Shown here: positions 37,991 through 51,060 of the stretch, piece after piece | Position numbering within the stretch: position 1 is the stretch's first letter | Layout of the letters: each line of letters opens with the position of its first letter | Assembly (NCBI RefSeq): GCF_018977255.1 | Contig: NW_024704742.1 | Location: 55,802,001-55,866,000, forward strand | From: Callorhinchus milii | Lineage: Eukaryota | Reading direction: 5' to 3' | Length of the DNA: 64,000 nucleotides | Position numbers and translations under genes: made by a program | The notes under the pieces: generated by a model | The model's database searches: none | What the model saw: only the letters and a program-made list of their open reading frames with translations | Told to the model about the DNA's origin: nothing

Positions 37991-39439
37991 CTACTGTAAT
38001 AAGGTGTTAAAATGCAACACGTCATTATCACACTAGTGAAAACTAATGCCCTTTTTCTTTAAAGGAATCAAGGAGCTAGACAATCCTTTTTTCATCTCAG
38101 ATGCAATTGAACAGGATTTGGCAGAGCACCGAAACCCGTAGGCCTCAGAATTTCTTCCAATCCAAGAGGAAGTAGGTTGTTTATGCTGTCAGCTGTAAAC
38201 TAGAACATTGTGACTGCTCCAGTTTACAACTGACATTTCCAAACAACATTAGTCAAACAGGAGAGAGGTAATACTTTTGATGATCACTTTAGTTTGAGTA
38301 TGTCATTACCATTCAAACCTGCACTTGGAGATCAGACACTATTAAAACAGGTATAAACATTTCAGTGGCAGGACTGAATTGATAACTAAAGCTTAAAGTG
38401 TAGAGGTGAAAATGCAGTATGCTAATTATCACATTGGGGGAAATTGAATTGGAAAAACAAAATAAATAAGACTGGCTATGAGTGTGAACCCCTCCAACAT
38501 CGATACAATTCAATATTGTGGCCTGAAACAGTTAGACATTGTTGGCGGCTGCCATTCATTTTGCTACGCGTGGAGTGAGGAGTTTGAGTGCTACTTCAAG
38601 GAATAATGGTTTAATTCAAACCTCCGTAAAGCACACACTCCACAGTTGTATTCGTGGCATTTTTAACAATTAGATCCCTTGAATAATTTATCTTCTTTAT
38701 AAGTGGGGACTAGGAAGTGAGGGAAAGTTCGCTGCTTTTGATAGGTTGTTCCTTGTGGTAAGAAGTGCATTGTGGAGCACAACACACTTTACCCCATTAT
38801 TACAAGTACATTGACTTAGACTGCTTTGAAGGTGTTAACATGAATGAGATTACAATTCTCAGCTCCTTCACTTAGAAATGCCCAGCATTCATGGAATTTC
38901 ATTCTTGTTTCTTCAAAAATATGTTCAAGCAGGTTTTTTACCTTTGATTTTAATAAACGTAGGAATGTTAGTTATTTTGTTCTGATATCTAGAGCACACA
39001 TTTCCACGAGCTGATACATTTTCCCATCTTGTTAGTGTGCATTTACAATGGGAATTCCTATCTTTAACTTTACTGAACAATTACATTTCACCCCATTGAC
39101 TTTGATTACATATTTTCATCCAGTTACAGAATGATACAAAATCAACAACAACTTGCATTTATATAGTGCCCTTCATGCAGGGTATCTCTTGGAGCACTTA
39201 TTATATGCCAATTCATTGATCTATGAGTATCAGTAGATGTTTTACTGGATTTAAGCAAATTAACTTGTTGAATGATACGGATTAATGTGAATGGGGTTTT
39301 CGCATTTTGAAAATGTTTTAACAGTGACATATTTCTTGCCACTTAAGTCCATAAGTGGATGAAGTACAGATGTGTCTCTAATTATACTCAGCAATTTTTT
39401 ACAAGTGAAATTTTACGAGTGGGTATTAAGTCTAAGACT

Positions 39440-39683
39440 GCCAGTGCTGACAGCTCCAGTTGTAATCCAATGCACACACTGAGGACCCCAAACTCTTGCT
39501 GACATGTGCCTAAACTCTTTGGGAATTGATGAGCTGGATGTGTTCATCTGGGGAGAGAGTGCCCACCTCATATTAGCAAACCAACACCATTCACATGTGC
39601 AACTCTCAGTAATTTGCTATAGGTACTCTTAAGCATGATGATGGATTTCCATCTGTGTCAGACACCCAACAGTTCAAAAAAAA
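39440..39683 (+). repeat. Family X, diverged 3' half
   Basis: tactcttaagcatgatg...tgtgtcagacaccc...aaaaaaaa terminus as in 1255-1322. Confidence 0.7.
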
Positions 39684-41649
39684 GTCCTGATAATTGGAAC
39701 TTTATTTTAACCAGTGACATTATGAAACAACAACACAGGCATAACATTGGCTGGTTTCAATCCCAGCTACCAAAGTCAGGAATAAACACAACCAGACACA
39801 CTAAACAAAATGTAATGATTTGCATCAAATGCTTACTTGCATGGGATTTTGTCCAGAGGTTGACTTTGCTGCATTTACCTGCATAATGTGTTGCAGCTGA
39901 GTCTTGATATCTGACTTCCACCAAATAAATCAGATAAAATTGGTCATTCACTTCACGGCTTTGTTGAACATTGTTGTGCCCAGATTCGTTACCTCATTTG
40001 CCTACAAAATACAGTCACAGCACATGACAGTAAGTCCTGTTAAGCACTTTGAGATATCCTCAAAACATGAACGGCACGATATGAAATGCAAGATTATTAT
40101 TATTATTACTTTACAGTAGTTTTTTTAACCCCATCCTTGTGTTAACTCATTCCTTGTATTAAATTAATCATTGTGTTAACTGATTCCTTCTGTTAATTAG
40201 CATAAGAAATGGATTAAGAAAGTAACACAAATGTTACTTTATAGTGTACGGTGTGCTATACATTACAAGAAAATGAATCCGTTCATTTCATAAGATTTCA
40301 AGATACATGAAGCCAATTTTAATTTCCAGTAACTATTCCTGCAGTTAATCTGGTGTTGATGTTTTTTTTGTAACAATTTGAGCAGCGAATTAATCATTTA
40401 CAAATCTATGACAATCACAAAATTATCTCAAAACACAGCAGCTTCAGTATAATGTGAGTAAACTTCAACTATACCCTGTAGTGTAATTACAGTTACAAAA
40501 AATTCTTTGGTTTATGATCATGCAGAAAACTGAGCTGCATGTTTTTTATTCGCCACAAATCCTGTTACAACCATCAATAGAATCAACAGAACCATTGCTC
40601 GATTGAAAGTAATAATAAGCCTTGTATTTGATATTCTGCTTTGTCATTCAATCAAACAGTCTTAAAGCACTTCACCAGATTTTTACTGTGAGGCATGGTG
40701 ACTATTTTATAGATGAAATGTAGCGTATTTTTTCTTCATTAATATCCAATTGTTTATTGTGACCTAATGAGATAGTACATACTGTTTATTTCCTCAATAG
40801 TTAAACTATGCATCAAAATTTTTTTTTCAAACTTCCAGATTCAAAGAATTTTGTGCTTGTCTTTCAATTGTCCTTTGAAAAAGTAATTTGAATGTTCCTC
40901 TAGGTGCTATTGCTTTTCCACTTTAAGATACAGGTGGCCATACATCATGCTGTCTGCCTTTTGAATTATCTGCCTTTCGGATGAGCAAGTGATATTTGCA
41001 GCAACTCTGGTTCCAATACTTAATCTTTCCTGCTTGCCAACATGTATCACATTTTGAGTGGTTTCCCCAGCCAGGCCCTTTGTTCAGATCGATTACTGGA
41101 CAGCTCTGCATCAGATAGACCTGAAAACATTGACAAATTCCAAGTCCTGCTTTCTACCAAAACATTGTCCCACTAGTGCCCATTCAGTTCATCTGATTCA
41201 AGAATATATCTGGGTCTGGAAAGTGGAAACGTCAGGCTTTGTTGTCATGGTGTTGCTTTATTCCATCTTTGTGGGTTCATGCAGATTGGGGCTCCCTTCT
41301 GTTGCCAACTTGCAGATTGTTCTAAAGATATCAATTAGCTGCAAGATTAATGCGCAAATGCCTATTTATAACTCTGCAATTTACAACACATTTATATATT
41401 GTTAAAACAATCCAAATTATGAATGATCTGTCAATATTTGCACTGGGCTTCTGTTTCAAACCTTGGCCAATATTGTTCACTTCTGTAGGCTACCATGACA
41501 TTATTGGGGTGAATGGCATATGTTAAGGTAATCCTCACAAAGGCCACAGTCAGCAGTTCTCATAGTCTTGTAGCACTCTTCATTCCAGCTTTATTCCAGA
41601 ACAATACTTTCAGATGCACCAAGAAAACAGAACAATCGACACAAGTTTA

Positions 41650-42060
41650 GCGTTGCAAAGGGTAATTTCAGAACAGACACCAGGAAGTATTTCTTTACTT
41701 GCCTACTTTTGCCTATTAAAAAATATACCACAGTCACTACTCTTTATAGTAAAATCCTGTGACGAGCTTTGAGATGTTCTCTCATTGTAAAAGGTGCTAT
41801 ATGCAATATAAGCATTATACTACTACCAATAAAAATCCTTGCATTTGATATAGCGCCTTTCACATTCATGAGCCGTATAATTATTACTTTGTACTCAGAG
41901 GGTAATTAACAAATGGAACAAGTTACCAGGGAGAATGGTTGAAGTTATGACTCATTTAAAAAAAATTGAAGCCATAATGAGAGTGGGTATTCTGCAAGGA
42001 TAAGATTAAATAGGCCTAAAGCCCTTCTTCATCTGAACAAATCTTGTGACTTGTGATATC
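41650..42060 (+). mobile_element. CR1 3' fragment interrupted by SINE tails
   Basis: agggtaatttcagaacagacaccaggaagtatttcttta resumes as actcagagggtaattaacaaatggaac after SINE 3' pieces at about 41705-41875. Confidence 0.6.
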
Positions 42061-42894
42061 TGACCAACTTTACCTGCAACATTATTAATCCTTAACCAAC
42101 TGCCTTTATTGGTAGGACTCAGTCATGGTTTAAAAGACTCAGGAACTATCATGACCCATGCAGCATTCTTTCATATCTGTCTGTACTTATCCTTATAATC
42201 CTTAATTCTCTTCCTGAACAATATTTATGCACCCCTTTGATGAACATTGATATATTTACTGCTTTAGTAGGAGCCTGTTTCACACAAACATTGCTCTGTA
42301 TGTGAACATATATATATACATATGTGTATGTGTATCTAAATGCAATTGAGGTTTTGTGCGTATATATATAATTTTGTGCATGTTTGAATTTATTTGACTG
42401 TGTGTATCTTTATGTGTGTTCTTTTTAAATCTCATAATTGAGGATGAATAATTCTCATTTAGATTATACATTACTGTCAGCATTTAATAACCTTGTCTCC
42501 TGATTTGCTCCAGTGATAATACATCATTGCTATGATTTAAAAAATTTTTTTAGAACCTTAGAACCTAAAAGTATCTTATCATATTGAAACAGTTCAAAGT
42601 GCTTCACGGCTTATCACTGCTATGTGTAGACAAATGCAACAGCCAAGGTTGCGCAATCAGCCTCAGCGAATCAGTGAATAATTAAATAATCTGAAGGATT
42701 GTTGGCCAGGATGCTAGGACAAACTGTCTCCTCATTTCAAATAGTGTTATGGAATCTATACAACATCAGTAACAACAAATTACATTTGTAAACCACCAGA
42801 ATAGGCAGATGGTACTTTAATTTAACATCATATCTGATGATATAGGCTCTCACTGGAGTGTTAGACTGGACAATGAGCTCAAGTTCGAAAGATG

Positions 42895-43183
42895 ATCTTC
42901 AAACTACAACTCGATGACACCCAACTCTACCTCTCTGTCTCCACCCTTGACTCCAGGACCACTGCTATCCTGACAGAATGTCTGTCAGACATCAGGTCCT
43001 GGATCAGAGCTAACTTTCTTGACCCTCCTCTTCGACTGTGCTTTCGATTTTCCTGCTTCGCTCCCTGCCCTCCACCCACCCCCACCCCAACCCCCAGCCC
43101 AGGTCCGTAACTGTGTCTGTCCAGTGACTTGGGACGTCCTCCTGACGTGAAAGGCGCTATATAAATGTAATGTTGTTGTTGTT
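42895..43183 (+). mobile_element. L2 pieces: RT segment joined to a 3' tail
   Basis: [36 protein letters not shown] followed by gggacgtcctcctgacgtgaaaggcgctatataaatg and (TTG)n. Confidence 0.8.
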
Positions 43184-43784
43184 ATTTGCCTGAACCTGAA
43201 TGGTAAGAGTTCTACCAAATGAGCCAAATTCATTTTTAAGTCCTCAAATCATTTTTTGTTGTTCTACACCAAGCATTGTTTTAATATAATTTCCTTGGAA
43301 GGGAGGGGAGATGGGGTTATATACATTTCTCTATTATTTCCACTGGACAACCTCTAGCATATGAATACAAAGTGCAAAATATACTGAGTACTATGAGTTG
43401 GAATATCCATTGCTAGTTGCCAATGGGGACCTTCAAACCTGTATGAAAAGTAAAATCGGTTGTAGTAATCTAACCATGTACCATTTTTACAGCTTTATAA
43501 GCCAAAAGTCCAATAATTTTACAACTTGACACTCCAACTTTGCTTTTTTTGTTTATTTAACTATCTGAAAGTAAATGATTCAAACCCTGAATGCGGAAAC
43601 AATGCACTGACATTTACTAACAGCAACTATCAAACCGTAATTTTTAGTATGTGCTGAACAAAATGTCCCTTCAAAACTGTAATTTTTCTCCATGACAACA
43701 TATGAATTAATTTGAATTTTATTCAAAATAATCGAAGTCCCAGGACATTGTAAAAAAAAGAAAGTGGAAATATACCAATTACAG

Positions 43785-43985
43785 AAAAGGAATGAAATAT
43801 TTCCGATACATTAGAGGATACAAGAGTCAAAGGTTTGATTTTGTTAGAGAATGAGATATAGTTTTTTCAGAAGCAGATCTAGTTGAGACGAGATTTGGAC
43901 TAAGACTGGAAATCTTAAAGTTGTGGGTGTGGTTAAGAAAAGAATAAGGCAGCCGGCAGATCTTGACTGAAAATGGTTATGTCTG
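43785..43985. repeat. Unclassified repeat, copy 2 of 2
   Basis: Colinear similarity to 36445-36665. Confidence 0.75.
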
Positions 43986-45072
43986 AGAAAATCGAACTCC
44001 TCTGAAATGTTTTGGAACTTGAATTATGGCTTGAGTGGAATGAATCCAACTCAGATGGCTAATATCTATGCGTATCTTTTAAATTATAACATTCACGCTC
44101 AACACATTGGCGGAACTACGGGATTTGGGGGATTTACATAGTGGTTATTAATGGCTGAGAATTGGCAAGTCAGAATCCAGGAGAATAAAGCGAGCGAAAC
44201 ATTTGTCTATTGTGGTTCTCATTCAGAAACTCTCAAAAAAAATTTAAATGGCTGTGACAATGATTGAAACTGCGTGCAGTTGTCCAATGCATCTACTTAT
44301 TGATGTTTGATAAAGCTTGTGGAATCTTTATTGTAGAAATTTTAACTTGAATAGATTTAAGAATTGAATAGATTTAAGAAACTCAGGCATGCTAATCCAC
44401 TTGCGACTACTGTTGGAATGCTATTAGATGTTCTTATAATGGGATTCATGAGGTTCTGAGAGCCAGCCCTATGATTGATCTTGTTTATGAATTCCTTACC
44501 CAAAGAAAATATGTATTTCACATTTTCATTGTTGGAGGCGCCATCCTATAAATTAGACAATAAGTGTTAAATGTTCGCTCACTGCACTTTAAAGAAAGTT
44601 TGTAAAGCACTTTCAGGTTTTTGACATTTATAGGCAGTATATCAAATGCAAAGATTGTTTTTATTATACTTATTGATTTGTCATAGATCCTAAGGCAAAT
44701 GTAGAGAGCAAAATCAGCTATAACAATGGAGCCCTTTTACTATCACTTGCAATTTTCCAATTCCATCATTGACAACAGATAATGTTATGTATTTTAGAGA
44801 ACAATTTGAGGTACCACATAGCATTACAATCACAATGATGCAAATAATTTATTGGTACCTGGCATTTTATGACATTTTCATTTTACCGCTTAATAAGAAG
44901 GAGCTGGGAGATTTTAATAATTGAGAAGCTAAATAAAGGGAAAGGTCCACACCACAACAGCAATTGAGGCATTAGCAACAACTTGTATTAATATAGCGGC
45001 CCTCACTCAGTGTAGCATCCCAGTATGCTTAATAACAACAACATTAATAATAACAATAATAACAATAATAAT

Positions 45073-47245
45073 TCTCAAAAATCATCAGACATCCTGAAAA
45101 AGCTCTGAATTATTGATGTCTGGTTTGACCATACTAATAACAAAGAATAAACAATCAAAAAATATGAAAAACTATTGTCCCATAACATGCTTGCCAACAC
45201 TCTATAAAATAACAATAACATTTCTTGCTGGACAAATTTATAAACATTTGATTGAGAATAATATAATGCTCGATGAGCTAGGACCAACTACTAATAACCA
45301 AAGTGATAACAGAAGACTGTAAAAAATAGAAATGCTGATTGAGTATGGCATGGATTCATATTCAGAAAGTATTTGACAGTGTTCTTCACATCAGAGTTAT
45401 TAAATGCATGTAGATGTACAAACTTAACCCAGGCCTTGAAGCTTCATACATAGTGCAACAAAGAAATGGAAGTGACCTGACAATATGAAGGAGGTATTAT
45501 TATGACGAATGAAATTAAAATCAAGAAAGACATTTTTCAAAGATATTCATTTCCACCACTCATTTTTNGTATATACTTATTCCTTCTCAGCTCAGAACTA
45601 AAAGATAGTGAATATGGCTATCAACTAAAAATACCACTCAAACAAAGAAAGCTGATCAGCTGCTCTATTTGGATGGTCTAAAACTGTAAGGTAAAAAATA
45701 ATACAGAATTAAAAGTAAAACTGTTCAGTGATGATACAGAAACAGAGTTTGGATTAGATAAATCTATTGACCATTCATGTCCTACATAATATAAAACCTG
45801 ATTTCCAATGTCATTATACATCAAGAAAAGGAGGAAGAGACCTGATTGAAATCAAAGTATTTTATAAATCAGCAATTGTAGGTTTAACTGAATATATCAG
45901 AACAAACAACAACAACAACAACATGATTGCATTTATAGAGCGCCTTTCACGTCGGGAGGATGTCCCATGGCACTGTACAGTTGGGTCGGGACCCGAGCAG
46001 AGGGGAAATGGTCAGGGTGAGGGGAGGGAGGGAGCGAGGAGGGGATAGACAGTCAAGAGGGGAGCTGAAGGCACGGTTGAAGAGAAAGGTCTTGAGACCG
46101 GCCTTGAAGGAGGAAAGGGAGGAGGCGGCGAAGGCACTGGGGGATGGATTTCCAGAGCGTAGGGGCTGAGAGGCTGAAGGCCCGGCCACCGATGGTAGGG
46201 TGGTTGGGGCGGGGGATGTGGAGCAGAAAAGAGCCAAAGGAACGGAGGGTACGGGCAGGTAAGTAGGGGGATAGTAGGTCGGAGAGGTAGGAGGGTGCAA
46301 GGCCGTGAATGGCCTTGTAGGTGAGGATGAGGATCTTGAATTCGATCCTCTGGGGATGGGGAGCCAGTGGAGGCGAGCGAGGGTGGAAGTGATGTGGTCG
46401 CAAAGCCTGGTGCGGGACAATACACGAGCTGCAGAGTTCATACCCCGGTGACAGTATCAAAATAATAGAAAAACACGAAAAACAGAAAAAGAAAATTTCC
46501 ATCATTAAAGAGTCAATCAGGATCAAACAAGAATATGACATTTATCAAAAAGAAATAGAAAGTAGGCTTATCTGATCCAACAAAAATAATAATAATAATC
46601 CTTGCATTTAATATAGTGTTTTATTACGGTCATTTCCCCAGATCGGCATCGTGCTCTGCCACTGTCAAGCGCTCTGGGATGCTACCCTGTGTGAGGGATG
46701 CTATATAAATGCAGGTTGTTGTTGTTGATATAACAATGCAGGTAAATATATTCACTGGATAATTTGTAAACACTTTGATATTGATGTAAAGACCAATTGA
46801 TATGAACATCAACCAGCAAAACTGACATTGGAAAATAACATAACATAACATCTGTGACTCACAAATACATACAGATAGAACAGTAATCTGTAACAAACCA
46901 GATATTATCATTTAAAAAACTAGATTGTACATGAAGTATTATTGATATGGCTATCACAAGTGATTACATTGTTCGAAATAAAATGATCTATGCGGACATG
47001 TGTGATAGTGTAAAACAAGCAAAGTTCCTATAATGATTGGTGCAAATGAGACTGTTAATAAGATGACTCAGAAATGGCTTGACAAAATACTTGGTGAACA
47101 AAATATCAACCTCCTGCAAAAAAATAAATATTTTAGGAAGTTTAAGCATACTAAGAAAAGTAATATTCATTTATATGTAACATGGCAGTGGTATTAGTCT
47201 GGGTGACTCACCATTGAAAACTATCTCTATGGAGTGATTTAAAAT
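45073..47245 (+). mobile_element. Decayed R4/Dong-clade non-LTR retrotransposon (RT plus restriction-like endonuclease), interrupted by L2 and SINE pieces
   Basis: Motifs in order: KNYCPITCLPTLYKI; AWI..QKVFDSV; IKIKKDIFQ; LLYLDGLKL; FSDDTETEFGLDK; RKGGRDLIEI; NNAGKYIHWIICKH...YEHQP; IHTDRTVICNKPDIII...IIDMAI; ILGSLSILRKV. Confidence 0.85.
45901..46440 (-). mobile_element. Young 5'-truncated L2 nested in the Dong-like element
   Basis: Highly similar to 26783-27410; NSAARVLSRTRLCDHITSTLARLHWLP; (caa)n tail on plus. Confidence 0.92.
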
Positions 47246-47254
47246 GTAATAACA

Positions 47255-47390
47255 TCATAATAATAATAATAATTCTTCCATTTTATATAGCACCTTATCA
47301 AGTTGTCAAGATATTTTGCCCTACCGGGAATCGAACCCAGGTCTCTTGCTTGCGATGCGGTGCTCTTACCACTGAGGTACAGGACTCCAC
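47255..47390 (-). mobile_element. tRNA-Ala-like SINE with head fused almost directly to tail
   Basis: Antisense head gggaatcgaacccaggtctcttgcttgcg...ctgaggtacaggactccac adjoins the antisense tail; the core is missing. Confidence 0.8.
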
Positions 47391-48604
47391 AAATGTAATG
47401 ATTATTATTATAAAAAGAGAATGACAAATCACTTACGTAGAGTTTGGGAGAAACAAAAAAAACTAAACTCTCTGAAAAGTATTTTGGCATCATAGAGAGC
47501 CAATTTGTTTTAGCAAAGATTATGCCACTAGAGTGTGTTTTGGTGTGGTAATTTGGAGGAGCATTGACGATAGTAAAAAAGAGAAAGGCAGAAAGAGAAA
47601 AAGAGAGATGATGAAGGAAAGATTATTTATCAGAGAACAAGGTTTATGTTATATTCTATGAAAGAATATAAGAGAGTGCCAGAAGAGCTGCATTAGAGAT
47701 GATGAAAGCATTTTAAGATTTGGGCGGGCGAGCTTTAAAATCTATCTGAACAAGTAGATGTTAACATCTCATCCAAAGGATTAAAAGTAAATGCCATTCA
47801 GAGAAAGGAGATTTTTGGCACAAAAGAGGAACCCAATTGTTTAGAGATCATTTTATAATGATAGACATAAAGCAAGTTAGCAATCCAGCAGTTACTTTTA
47901 AGTGTAGTGACTGTGTTCTTGAAGGAAACATGGCTGCCAATTTCCGCAGAGCGATGTTTTACAAGAAGGCATGAGGTGAACGATCAGTTAATTTTGGTGG
48001 ATTCAAGTCAGGACACTAAGAGAGTATAAAGCAATTGTACCATGGGCTCTTTAACATCCACCTGAACGGGCAACTGAAACATCAGTTTAATATCTCATCT
48101 GAAGGATGTACCTCTGGCTATCCTTTGTTCAGTAACTGACTATTAATACAGATCATTTACTGTAGAACTGCTCACTGATGCTATATTCAGATCTGCTATT
48201 TCTAAACTTACCACTGGTGGCAAATTAAGAGATTTCAATGTCCAGCTGCTTTAATTCACATTTACAGCTCTAATTAAACAAAAATTAGCTGGTTGACCTA
48301 TGTAATACATTCATATCAAACAACTGGTCCCCAAACAGTTATATAATACCAGCTCTTTCCTGGTCGCGAGGAAACCATCCTGTTAATATTCCATTTGGAA
48401 GCTTGAGTGAGTGCAGTTGTTTCAAAGCTTACACAGCTAGCAGGTCCTGGAAACTGTTTGCACATGACTTTCTACACTTCGGCTCACATTCCATGACAAC
48501 AAAACCAGCAGCAAGAATGGTCCTGAAACATTAAGAATAACTTTATTGCTTTAATAATCTAAAATGAAAAAAGTAAATCTTCGACACAACTTCAAACAAA
48601 ACAT

Positions 48605-48905
48605 AGTATAATCCATGCATTTGACATAGAGCCTTATCACGACATTGCGATGTCTCAAAGCGTTTCACAGGATATACTGTAAAGTGGATTGATCGGGTAT
48701 TTTGTGGGCAAAAAGCGGTAATAATAATAATCCTTGCATTTGATATAGCGCTTTTCACGTCAGGAGGACGTCCCAAAGCGCTTCACAGAACACACTGTAA
48801 AGTGAATTGACTGTATATTTGTGGGCGAACGCGGCAGCCAGTTGTGCACAGCAATGTCCCACAAACAGCTATGGAGTGAGTGACCAATTTTATTTTGGAG
48901 GATTG
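48605..48905 (-). mobile_element. Two stacked SINE 3' portions (older about 48605-48716, young 48719-48905)
   Basis: Two successive antisense tails; the second is almost identical to 50747-50925. Confidence 0.85.
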
Positions 48906-49841
48906 TTACTGAGCTTAACATTGTCTATTCAGTTTCCTATTGTACAGACAATTATTAAGAATCCGACTGTGGTAGATGCCATGGTGTCTGATGGCAATAA
49001 CATCACCAACTTTACAGAGCCGCTTAACCACTGATGACAGAGCTGTATTTAGAAAGAAACTAGCAAATGCAGCATAAATAGAAAGAAACTTCATTTATTA
49101 AAAACACAATCCTAGCATTTGATGTAGCACCTTATCACATCATCACAAAACATTAAGCGCTCCAAGACACTATCCTGTGTGAAGAGCTCTATGTAAATGG
49201 AAGTTGTTGTTGTTGTCTCAAAGTGTTTCATAGGATTTTAATGTAAAGTGGATTTGATTGTGGATTCATGCAGCACTTTATCACATGAAGCATTTTACAG
49301 AAGGGTAATATAAGGTATTGTGACTCTTTTTAGTCACCATTTGCACCAACTAAGTCCCATACATATTCATAAGGGCCTTAAACTTGCACTACAAGCAAGA
49401 ACACTATTAACTGAATGAACATGAAGTATAGTAGGGTTGTGGTAAAGTCTGTGAAATGTTAACTACAAGAAATACTTACACGAGCATTCTTCTCTGAAGC
49501 TGAACCAGGTCTTTTGATGAAGGAGCAAAAAAAAGGAAACACAATTGCAACTTCTGCAGCAGAGAAACATGTAAAGAATTATAGTGAGCAAATGTCAAGG
49601 AATGCAGAGGATTGTAAAAAGTGAATTAATGATTTGAAACATGTGACTTGGCTGAAAATAACATATAAAAAAAGGAAACACTAATGAAGAAACATAGCTA
49701 TGCTGTCTCTCAAAATTGATTAAATTATCAGATAGAGTGATTACAATTGTTTATACTCTTCATGGCAAAGTAATCATTTGTGACCTTCGAATCAATTAAT
49801 TCTGGACATTTGGTTTTGAATGCACTTAAAAAATAGGAATA

Positions 49842-50272
49842 ATACTAATCCTTGCATTTGAAATAGTGCCTTTCACCTCAAGAGGATGTCTCAAAAGTAC
49901 TTTACCTTAAAATGATTTACCTTAAAATGCAGTGACTGTATTTTGTAGGAAACACAGCAGCCAATTTGCACACATCAATCTCCAATGAATAGCTATAAAG
50001 TAAATAAAACATGTTATCTGGGGGATTGTTGGCTCGGACACTGGGAGAAACGTTGAATAGTGCCATAGCATCTTTAAGGCTAATCTGAATAGACAGATGG
50101 GACCTCAGTTAAACATCTTTTTTGAAAATCATCGCCTCAAACAATGTAGGGGAACTCCCCTCAGCTCTGTATCGGAATATCAGCCCAACTATGAGTCCAG
50201 AGTTCCACCATGGGGCTTGAACCCCAAATCATCTAAGTCAGAGGTGAGAGTGCTACCATATGAGCATGACCG
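49842..50272 (-). mobile_element. Old Deu-core SINE, near full length
   Basis: Antisense tail aatccttgcatttga, core gcagccaatttgcacac, head tggggcttgaacccc...tcagaggtgagagtgctacc. Confidence 0.85.
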
Positions 50273-50746
50273 AGACTTAAAATGGAATAACAATCAAAAC
50301 AATTTTCATAATTTTTTTAAAGTGTCTGTCAATAGTATTTAGTTTCATCCTTAAAAACCTGGTCTATAATGTTTATTGCGCATTATCAATTCCTGTGCAT
50401 AAAATAATATATTTATTATTGAATTTGTGTCTTCCAGAGAATAATTTTTCAACAATTTTCGATTTCCAGACAGTGAAATAATCAAAGTTTGTACTTTCTT
50501 GTCATCGCAGTTATTTCACCCGCAGTCATGCGACTGAAGTCTGCAGTTGACACAACCATATATGGAAGAGGCTAATGATGTAACTGAGATGATGAGATGT
50601 CTGATAAAGGGAAGGGCACCTCATTCCCTGAAGATAAAGGATCTATGGTCCAGTTGGGTTAATGTGCTATACGACAAGTTCACATTTTGTGGCAAAATCT
50701 TTTTGGCAGATCCACCTTTGCATCCAGCAGGTCCTGTGAACAACAC

Positions 50747-51060
50747 ATAATAATAATAATCCTTGCATTTGATATAGCGCTTTTCACGTCAGGAGGACGT
50801 CCCAAAGCGCTTCACAGAACACACTGTAAAGTGAATTGACTGTATATTTGTGGGCGAACGCGGCAGCCAATTGCGCACAGCAATGTCCCACAAACAGTCG
50901 TAGATTGAAAATGACCAATTTAATTATTGTTTTTTTGGAGGGATTATTATTAGGCGTGTGGAGTAAGGAAACTTGCCCAAGGTTTCGCCCTGCCTGGAGT
51001 TGAACTCAGGTCTCTCACCTGCAAAGCGAGTGCTCTAACCACTGAGCTACAGGACTCCAC
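50747..51060 (-). mobile_element. Young full-length tRNA-Ala-like SINE
   Basis: Reverse complement is nearly identical to 22489-22799; CpGs retained. Confidence 0.92.

Noticed and set aside
43460..43479. miR-218-like sequence (ttgtagtaatctaaccatgt)
   Set aside because: The seed region differs and no precursor hairpin is evident.
45568..45568. Single ambiguous base n
   Set aside because: An assembly ambiguity within the decayed Dong-like element, not a biological feature.
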